19,933 nt of DNA from a virus. Taxonomy: Duplodnaviria; Heunggongvirae; Uroviricota; Caudoviricetes. The notes below the pieces were generated by a model. The model worked only from the letters and a program-made list of their open reading frames with translations. It had not been told where the DNA came from and did not search any database. This document shows, piece by piece, positions 1-5,267 of the stretch (the first letter of the stretch is position 1; each line of letters opens with the position of its first letter). The translations under genes and the position numbers were made by a program. The DNA is taken from the IMG/VR virus record IMGVR_UViG_651324002_000003, positions 1-19,933 of that record; one strand, given 5' to 3'.

Positions 1-33
1 ATGAACAAAGTAACTGAGAAAGGTGATCAAGCA

Positions 34-600
34 ATGCGAAATACTCTGATCCGGATTCTTTGCTGCCTGGTGCTCATTGCGGTTATAGTACCGTGCGTGA
101 CGACGATACCCGCTAACGCAAAGGCTCCCAAAGATACTCAGAATACCCAGCAAGATACCACCCCAACTCCCCAGGATAGACAGAATACCCCGCAGCCGGA
201 AAGACCGTCAGAACGTTATCAGTGGGCTTATAGCGGCGGCGGTCAAACCTTTCAATTTGATACGCACACTCTCCAGAAGATCAATGACCCCTATCGGGAT
301 GAGCAACTGGTAGAAGCCTGGGTCCGTGTTATTACCCCGAATAGGACCGCATCCAGCAGCATCGTTCTGCAGCAATACTACTTCCGGTTGAATACAAAAC
401 AGATTCAGCTGATGAGCTCTTTTGATCTGGCCTCTGATGGACAGGTAGGCCCCGGTAACAAGTTCACCTATGACGCCCACCGGTGGCAGGACATCGTGCC
501 CGGCACTGCGGCTGAAGGAATTTATAACGCGGTAACGGACTATGCTGCTATAAAGTTTCCGCCGCCTAAAGAAAAAGGCAAGTTTTTAGGAATTTTTTAA
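34..600 (+). CDS. Exported hypothetical protein (Sec signal peptide, Q/T/P-rich linker, small beta-rich domain)
   Basis: The ORF track gives 1..600, but ATG at 34 follows AAAGGTGA (SD-like). It yields MRNTLIRILCCLVLIAVIVPCVTTIPANA, a basic-hydrophobic-AxA signal peptide, followed by a QTP-rich spacer. The mature part loosely resembles surface-adhesin-E-like domains (not verified). Confidence 0.75.
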   Translation: MRNTLIRILCCLVLIAVIVPCVTTIPANAKAPKDTQNTQQDTTPTPQDRQNTPQPERPSERYQWAYSGGGQTFQFDTHTLQKINDPYRDEQLVEAWVRVITPNRTASSSIVLQQYYFRLNTKQIQLMSSFDLASDGQVGPGNKFTYDAHRWQDIVPGTAAEGIYNAVTDYAAIKFPPPKEKGKFLGIF

Positions 601-642
601 AATAAGTAAAGGCCTTTGGTTTGCCAAAGGCCTTTACTTATT
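601..642. terminator. Bidirectional intrinsic terminator between convergent genes
   Basis: Perfect 19-bp inverted repeat AATAAGTAAAGGCCTTTGG-tttg-CCAAAGGCCTTTACTTATT immediately after the stop at 600 and 30 nt beyond the stop of the - strand gene at 672. Confidence 0.85.
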
Positions 643-671
643 CCTTCTTACCGTTCTGCCGCGGCTATCCC

Positions 672-1367
672 CTATTCCATGCCATCCCCGGCCAACTTAT
701 AACCGACGCCGTATACAGTCTGGATCAGCTGGGGCTCTTTCGGCTGCGGCTCCAGCTTGCGGCGCAAATTTTTGATATGGGCGTCAATCGTCCGGTCATA
801 TCCTTCAAACGAGAATCCTTGCACCTGCTCCACGATCTGCAGCCTGCTGAACACCCGTCCCGGATTGGTGGCCAGCAGTTCCAAAATTTTAAACTCTGTC
901 GGCGTCAGTTCAATCGGCTGTTCTTTCACGGTTACGATATGTTCCTGCAAATGAACCGCCATATGACCGATGCGGATAACGTCCGGTTTCCTGGTAATCC
1001 GTTGCAGGCGGCGCAAAATAGCCCTGGCCCTGGCCACAACCTCCCGGGGGCTGAAAGGCTTGGTCACATAGTCATCGGCGCCGATCTCCAGACCGATCAA
1101 ACGGTCCGTTTCCTCGTCCCGGGCAGTCAGCATGATAATCGGCACATCATTGTTCCGGCGCAAACGCCGGCATACTTCCCAGCCGTCCAGCCCCGGCAGC
1201 ATGATATCTAAAATAACAATGTCCGGATTTTTCTCCCGCACAATCTGCACCGCCTGCCCCCCATCGTGGGACAAAATCACGATAAACCCGTCTTTTTCAA
1301 AATAAGCTTTCAGCAAGGCGGCTATTTTAACGTCATCATCCACGATCAGGGCAGTATAAGCCATCAT
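672..1367 (-). CDS. OmpR/PhoB-family response regulator (REC + winged-helix)
   Basis: LIVDDD acidic pocket, ILDIMLPGLDG phospho-acceptor Asp, GADDYVTKPF, and C-terminal RTIDAHIKNLRRK...IQTVYGVGYK. SD GGGAGG lies upstream. Confidence 0.96.
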   Translation of the reverse strand: MMAYTALIVDDDVKIAALLKAYFEKDGFIVILSHDGGQAVQIVREKNPDIVILDIMLPGLDGWEVCRRLRRNNDVPIIMLTARDEETDRLIGLEIGADDYVTKPFSPREVVARARAILRRLQRITRKPDVIRIGHMAVHLQEHIVTVKEQPIELTPTEFKILELLATNPGRVFSRLQIVEQVQGFSFEGYDRTIDAHIKNLRRKLEPQPKEPQLIQTVYGVGYKLAGDGME

Positions 1368-1463
1368 GACAGCCTCCCTATTTCAAAAAATTAATTCTAC
1401 TCATGATAAATCATATCATAAGATTGTGAAAAATTAATGAATATCATTCTGCCGTATGAAACC

Positions 1464-1493
1464 AAAAAAGAGCTTGCGGCAATCCGCAAACCC
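1464..1493 (-). terminator. Intrinsic terminator of the host tRNA locus
   Basis: On the - strand, GGGTTTGCGG-attg-CCGCAAGCTC (10-bp stem with two G-U pairs) followed by TTTTTT, 11 nt downstream of the tRNA CCA end. Confidence 0.75.
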
Positions 1494-1504
1494 TTAATTT
1501 TCAC

Positions 1505-1552
1505 TGGAGCCGATAACAGGATTCGAACCTGCGACCCTCTCATTACGAATGA
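1505..1552 (-). tRNA. 3' fragment of tRNA-Thr(CGT), prophage att core (not a complete tRNA)
   Basis: The - strand reads TCA-TTCGTAA-TGAGA-GGGTC-GCAGG-TTCGAAT-CCTGT-TATCGGC-T-CCA: anticodon loop with CGT, variable loop, T-arm, acceptor 3' strand and CCA. Sequence 5' of 1552 has no D-arm or acceptor 5' strand. Confidence 0.9.
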
Positions 1553-1611
1553 ATTACCATATGTACATTATTGTATTATGTTGAATTGCGGTGACGCAAC
1601 CACAGTATTTT

Positions 1612-1674
1612 TGTCCATAAATGCATGGAAGTATATTTTACTGTTTGTGTCCATGGACACTACTTTGGACACAA
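1612..1674. repeat. TGGACAC/TGTCCA repeat cluster next to att (candidate integrase arm-type sites)
   Basis: TGTCCA at 1612-1617 and 1648-1653, palindrome GTGTCCATGGACAC at 1647-1660, direct repeats TGGACAC at 1654-1660 and 1666-1672, and 9-bp inverted pair TTGTGTCCA/TGGACACAA at 1645-1653 and 1666-1674. The function is inferred from position. Confidence 0.5.
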
Positions 1675-1675
1675 T

Positions 1676-1705
1676 AATAGCAGTGACCAATTGGTCACTG
1701 CTATT
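1676..1705. terminator. Perfect 30-bp palindrome, probable terminator of the GNAT operon
   Basis: AATAGCAGTGACCAATTGGTCACTGCTATT is its own reverse complement and lies 21 nt past the stop at 1727. T-rich flanks are weak on both strands. Confidence 0.55.
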
Positions 1706-1726
1706 TAAACAATTTAAAACTACATA

Positions 1727-2308
1727 TCAAGTTATATCTATATGGTTAATTTCTCTTATATATCGCAACAATCCATCATTTCCATCTTGGTCTAAAAAAA
1801 CAAAGCCGTGCTTATCGTAAAATTCCTTTAATTTATTATGGCCGATGCATTCAATCAGGACTATTCTGCCTCCAGTAATGTGCTGTGCTTCTTTAATTTT
1901 TATAAGTGCTAATCGTAACAAATCAGAACCACTTATTAATTGGAGCTTGTCCATGTCATTAGCATAATTTTTAGATATTTGTCCAATAAGAAATACCGGA
2001 ATTGCTGATATCTCCTTAGACTTGCTCCCTGTGATTTTTTTGCGTAATGACCCACTAACATTTTTCCTTACGCTTAATCCTTTAGAGGCTAAAGAGAAAT
2101 ACCCTACTAAAATAGGACTGTCTTTATAAGATGCGTAGACAAGATAGGTTCTAGAAACTCCCATCACTTGAAAAAGAATAGCCTTTTCTTTTAAAAAAAA
2201 TTCAATATCACCGTCCAATGAACACGAAAAGACGGCGAGATGTTTCTTACACTCATCCTCGCCAAGCTCATCAATCATATCGCCAAGATGTATTACGGAA
2301 AAAGCCAT
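1727..2308 (-). CDS. GNAT-family acetyltransferase, putative toxin (AtaT/TacT-like)
   Basis: Motif series FSC..D.DIEFFLKEKA / SRTYLV / VGYFSL / IPVFLIGQISKN / G..LL..A / GGRIVLIEC / LKEFYDKHGF matches tRNA-acetylating GNAT toxin architecture. It starts 3 nt after the upstream small gene. Confidence 0.8.
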   Translation of the reverse strand: MAFSVIHLGDMIDELGEDECKKHLAVFSCSLDGDIEFFLKEKAILFQVMGVSRTYLVYASYKDSPILVGYFSLASKGLSVRKNVSGSLRKKITGSKSKEISAIPVFLIGQISKNYANDMDKLQLISGSDLLRLALIKIKEAQHITGGRIVLIECIGHNKLKEFYDKHGFVFLDQDGNDGLLRYIREINHIDIT

Positions 2309-2311
2309 GGA

Positions 2312-2476
2312 TTAATTTTCCAAATTAAAAAATCTTTTAATTTGATCTTTCTTTACATCTTCTGTTCTTACGCCTGAACATAACGTTATCGGCTTGGGCG
2401 ATTTCAGCGCAAACGCCACTTTATTAGCATTTCGCTTGCTAACGGCAAATTCTTTTATAAAACTCTTAGTTGCCAT
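2312..2476 (-). CDS. 54-aa basic protein, putative antitoxin
   Basis: ATG at 2476 has GGAG 7 nt upstream and yields MATKSFIKEFAVSKRNANKVAFALKSPKP... The gene sits immediately upstream of the GNAT gene, the usual type II TA order. Confidence 0.7.
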   Translation of the reverse strand: MATKSFIKEFAVSKRNANKVAFALKSPKPITLCSGVRTEDVKKDQIKRFFNLEN

Positions 2477-2553
2477 ATACATTCTCCATTCCATTCGTTT
2501 TATTATTACCCAAAAAGGAAATAATAAGACTATAACGGATTACCGATAATTAC

Positions 2554-2582
2554 ATTATAGACACTGATTATCACTATAGCAA
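2554..2582 (-). promoter_or_regulatory. Sigma-A/70 promoter for the antitoxin-GNAT operon
   Basis: - strand TTGCTA (2582-2577), 17-nt spacer, TATAAT (2559-2554), about 75 nt upstream of the ATG at 2476. Confidence 0.7.
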
Positions 2583-2857
2583 TACCAAATTGAATAAAAA
2601 GTCAAGCAACGGTCAAAATACTATTCTTAATACCATTCTTTATATTGTTATACTATGTTCCAAACATTGAAAATGTGAATTCATAAACAGTGGTTAGTTT
2701 TCCCCGAATTCAAATATTTTAACCCCGTTTACAATATTTTTTCAAAAATTCCGGCCATCTCTTTTTTCTGCTCCCTACTAAATGACTGCAGTGAGATTGC
2801 TACCTTAACAGCGTTCTTCGCTTATATATGTATTCCACCACGCGCGATTTATAGACC

Positions 2858-2887
2858 AAAAAAAAGAAAGCCCGACCGGAGCCGGGC
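2858..2887 (-). terminator. Intrinsic terminator ending the late/lysis operon
   Basis: - strand GCCCGGC-tccg-GTCGGGC followed by TTTCTTTTTTTT, 5 nt after the stop at 2893. Confidence 0.85.
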
Positions 2888-2892
2888 CTACG

Positions 2893-3381
2893 TTAGAAGC
2901 GAAGTTCAACCATCCCGCCCTGATGATCCCGGTTGCCAATTATCTTATATTCGATATGGTTATTGGGCGTGTAGCCAATTGATCCAAACACTTCGCTCCC
3001 CAGGAAGCCAGTTCCTAGGGAGCGTTTTTTCGTCTTATCTTCGGGTTGAATTTCAATGCGCAGGTTAATATCGGACGTCTGCTGCAGACTGACCTTCCCC
3101 TGTTCAAATTTCTGTGTTTCGTCTTGCAACAAGGAAAATTGATAGGGTTTATCGTTGACCCGGACACTGACACCAGGCTGATCGATTTTAGCCTCAACAT
3201 CTGCATCCCCCGGGCCACTTTTGGGGACATATCTGACCTCTGTATTGGTCACTGTAACCAGTTTTTCAGTTACAACCGGAACCCTTTCCACTCGGAGTTC
3301 CGCCGGCCGGCCGAAATACATTCCGACGGCACCGACTGCTACCCCTACAACGAAAACGACGATAGCCCGAAATTCATTCAT
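2893..3381 (-). CDS. 162-aa membrane-anchored protein in the lysis region (candidate spanin-like)
   Basis: ATG at 3381 has AAAGGGGG upstream; the longer 3435 start overlaps the previous gene. It has an N-terminal TM helix (AIVVFVVGVAVGAVGMYFG), a beta-rich body and a C-terminal amphipathic strand ending in Phe (GGMVELRF). Confidence 0.7.
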   Translation of the reverse strand: MNEFRAIVVFVVGVAVGAVGMYFGRPAELRVERVPVVTEKLVTVTNTEVRYVPKSGPGDADVEAKIDQPGVSVRVNDKPYQFSLLQDETQKFEQGKVSLQQTSDINLRIEIQPEDKTKKRSLGTGFLGSEVFGSIGYTPNNHIEYKIIGNRDHQGGMVELRF

Positions 3382-3394
3382 CGCATAGCCCCCT

Positions 3395-3694
3395 TTAAGC
3401 GTTCTTACCGGGGTCAATATGCGCCACTCGCGCATTTAGTTCAGCTTTCTTTGCATCGTTAAAGTTGTCAATACTGGAAAGATATCCGGTGATTCTTCTC
3501 AGTCTTTTTATTTTCGCCAATGCTTGGATCATTAGTTTCCCGTCATTCTGAAAAATACGAATAGACGCAAGAGGAAACTTCTGCTTGGACAACATGTCGA
3601 TTTCCTCATTGACCAATTTTTTTACCTCATCAGCAGTAATATTGCAATCGACATGTATCGGTATACCCCTAATTATTAAATCAGGTTCTCGCAT
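3395..3694 (-). CDS. Stand-alone NrdD C-terminal glycyl-radical-type domain protein (99 aa)
   Basis: The C-terminus RLRRITGYLSSIDNFNDAKKAELNARVAH matches the class III RNR C-terminal R-x-x-G-Y-L...FN..K..E...R..H motif (Gly codon at 3485-3487). SD GAGGTG lies upstream. It is far too short for a full NrdD. Confidence 0.8.
   Translation of the reverse strand: MREPDLIIRGIPIHVDCNITADEVKKLVNEEIDMLSKQKFPLASIRIFQNDGKLMIQALAKIKRLRRITGYLSSIDNFNDAKKAELNARVAHIDPGKNA
3408..3430 (+). repeat. 23-bp exact direct repeat, copy 1 (copy 2 at 15016-15038)
   Basis: CCGGGGTCAATATGCGCCACTCG is identical at both positions and the flanks diverge immediately. Confidence 0.95.
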
Positions 3695-3765
3695 AGCAAC
3701 ACCTCTAAAAGATATTTCAGATGTTTATCCAACGATCGGCACTTCCCTTCTGTATTAGGACAACA

Positions 3766-3797
3766 AGCGGCTTTTGCAGTTTCCTGTAAAAGCCGCT
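3766..3797 (-). terminator. 14-bp hairpin with GAAA loop between the 64-aa gene and the NrdD-like gene
   Basis: - strand AGCGGCTTTTACAG-gaaa-CTGCAAAAGCCGCT (one mismatch) followed by TGTTGT, a weak U-tract. It could be a leaky terminator or a stabilising hairpin. Confidence 0.5.
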
Positions 3798-3827
3798 ATT
3801 CATCCTAACTCCAATCAATGCGCTATC

Positions 3828-4022
3828 TTACAAAAGGCCTGCAACCTTCGCCAGGCCGATCAGTGCCAGGCCCAAGATAGCCAGGCCCACCCAAACCTGA
3901 AAGTTCGTGAACTTATGTTTTTCAGCCTTCCCTCTTACCCATCCGTCCAGTTCATGTCCGGATTCATCGAGTTTTTTACCTACCTCTTTTGCCTTTTCTT
4001 TGATTTCTTCCTTATTAGCCAT
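3828..4022 (-). CDS. 64-aa protein with a charged N-terminus and a C-terminal TM helix
   Basis: SD GGAGG lies upstream; the ATG is 2 nt after the amidase stop. The sequence is MANKEEIKEKAKEVGKK... then FQVWVGLAILGLALIGLAKVAGLL. Confidence 0.8.
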   Translation of the reverse strand: MANKEEIKEKAKEVGKKLDESGHELDGWVRGKAEKHKFTNFQVWVGLAILGLALIGLAKVAGLL

Positions 4023-4024
4023 TT

Positions 4025-4567
4025 TTACATTCCTCCATTTAATAAATATTTTTCTATACCAGACGCAATTGCTCTCGCAGCCGCGTCTTGATATGCCTCA
4101 GTGCCCAGCAACGCTTCCTCGGCTGAATGGGTAATAAACGCCAATTCAACCAGTGCCGCCGGCATATTGGTATATTTCAGGACGTATAACCCAACAGAAA
4201 GCTTAACGCCACGGTTAATAAGCCCCGTGGCGTTTACCAGTTCAATCTGAATGGACTGAGCCAGGTCATATCCCCTTTGACTGTCCAAGTGACACCATGT
4301 TTCAGTTCCATGTGCTGCTGGATCGTCATGCCCGTTGCAATGGATACTAATAAATAGGTCAGCACCCCAGGAATTTGCCTGGCCGCAAATATCCTGCAAA
4401 CTATCTGACTGATAGCAGAACGTGTCATAGCCGGCACCATCCAGAATATTCGCGACCATCCGGCCTACCGCAGCTGCCACGTCAGATTCCTGGAGACCCG
4501 ACGGACCGACGGCACCGGGGTCTGGATTGCCGTCTGGAGCGTGGCCGGGGTTGATGAATACTTTCAT
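4025..4567 (-). CDS. N-acetylmuramoyl-L-alanine amidase (Amidase_3), phage endolysin, catalytic domain only
   Basis: KVFINPGH (Zn His), DPGAVG..G..E (Zn Glu), ADLFISIHCNG (Zn His), HGTETW, LYVLK.TNMPAALVELAF (catalytic Glu). It lies directly after the holin. Confidence 0.95.
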   Translation of the reverse strand: MKVFINPGHAPDGNPDPGAVGPSGLQESDVAAAVGRMVANILDGAGYDTFCYQSDSLQDICGQANSWGADLFISIHCNGHDDPAAHGTETWCHLDSQRGYDLAQSIQIELVNATGLINRGVKLSVGLYVLKYTNMPAALVELAFITHSAEEALLGTEAYQDAAARAIASGIEKYLLNGGM

Positions 4568-4570
4568 ATT

Positions 4571-5170
4571 CTACTTCTCCTTCTTATCGCTGCCAGGCAC
4601 TGGCAGATTAAAATTACCGCCGGTGACCCGGTTTGCCAATGTGGCAAAAATCTGTTTCAGCTGCGCCAGACGTGTATTCCCCATTTGCTCCAGGTTCTCA
4701 GTGATCGATATCAATTCCGTGAGCGCGATAACCGTATAAATTCCTCCGGAAATAGACCGGTTCACCGGTGTTCCAAACAATATAATTTCCGGTAGTTTCG
4801 TGACTAAGCCGGCGCAGACGACCAGCACCACATAGGTAAATATCTTCTCACTCCATCGCTGTCGCAGTTCAGTGCTGGTCAGAAACCCCGGCCGCCAGGC
4901 ACTCCAAAAGCCCCAAAATATCGTCCATGCGTTAATAGATTCAGCCGATACACCGATACTGAGTAAATATTTTTTTGTGATCGCCGCCCATTTCGTCAGC
5001 GTATCCAGCAGCACGAACACAACAACGACAGCGAATATAACCTCGCTGCCTCCGAAAAGAAACACAAATGCAGATGATAGTGCTGACGCCAATACCTTTA
5101 CTGGCCAAAAGTCCATAATGTTTTCAAGACCATTTTTGAGCATCCGAATAAGTTTTTGTACACAATCCAA
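4571..5170 (-). CDS. Phage holin (Phage_holin_4_1 / TcdE-like)
   Basis: Several TM segments, with the family motifs LLDTLT, S..LR....EKIFTY and ELISITENLEQMG. TTG at 5170 lies 8 nt after GGAGG; the ORF-track start at 5185 contains that SD. Confidence 0.85.
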   Translation of the reverse strand: MDCVQKLIRMLKNGLENIMDFWPVKVLASALSSAFVFLFGGSEVIFAVVVVFVLLDTLTKWAAITKKYLLSIGVSAESINAWTIFWGFWSAWRPGFLTSTELRQRWSEKIFTYVVLVVCAGLVTKLPEIILFGTPVNRSISGGIYTVIALTELISITENLEQMGNTRLAQLKQIFATLANRVTGGNFNLPVPGSDKKEK

Positions 5171-5241
5171 ACACATCGCCTCCAAATAAAAATAGCGCCA
5201 ATGCGCAGTACCTCATACCACCCCCTTTCACTAGAAAGGAA

Positions 5242-5267
5242 ATAGGAGAGGTTTAAACCTCTCCTAT
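5242..5267 (-). terminator. Perfect 26-bp palindrome overlapping the giant gene stop codon
   Basis: ATAGGAGAGGTTTAAACCTCTCCTAT, followed on the - strand by TTCCTTTC. The TAG stop (5264-5266) lies in the first arm. Confidence 0.6.

Noticed and set aside
559-597. Similarity of host protein C-terminus PPPKEKGKFLGIF to PPKEEGLFSFLGNLF in the giant protein N-terminus
   Set aside because: Short, low-complexity amphipathic match with no nucleotide-level support; treated as coincidence.
621-1211. 196-aa + strand ORF (also 208..480 and 757..954)
   Set aside because: Antisense shadows of well-supported genes, with no SD and no recognisable motifs.
1505-1580. Complete tRNA-Thr gene
   Set aside because: No D-arm and no GCCGATA acceptor 5' strand upstream of the anticodon arm; only the 3' 48 nt are present.
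1437-1820. 127-aa + strand ORF
   Set aside because: It runs across the tRNA terminator, att core, repeat cluster and palindrome, and antisense into the GNAT gene. These non-coding features explain the sequence better.
2565-2575. TGATAATCA Fur-box-like core in the TA promoter spacer
   Set aside because: Only 9 bp in very AT-rich DNA, and the flanks do not extend to a 19-bp Fur box.
2640-2850. Small ORFs or sRNA in the AT-rich gap (e.g. MAGIFEKIL on the - strand)
   Set aside because: Only 9 codons with a 13-nt SD spacing, and no stable structure evident.
3408-3430. DGR template/variable repeat or CRISPR repeat explanation for the 23-bp duplication
   Set aside because: There are only two copies, no adenine-specific mismatches or extended similarity, no regular spacing, and no reverse transcriptase or cas gene in the window.
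3382-3435. Longer start (MREWRILTP...) for the 162-aa gene
   Set aside because: It overlaps the NrdD-like gene and lacks an SD. The ATG at 3381 has one and begins the TM segment.
3395-3694. Functional anaerobic ribonucleotide reductase (nrdD)
   Set aside because: Only 99 aa, with no catalytic barrel, active-site cysteines or Zn site, so no gene symbol is assigned.
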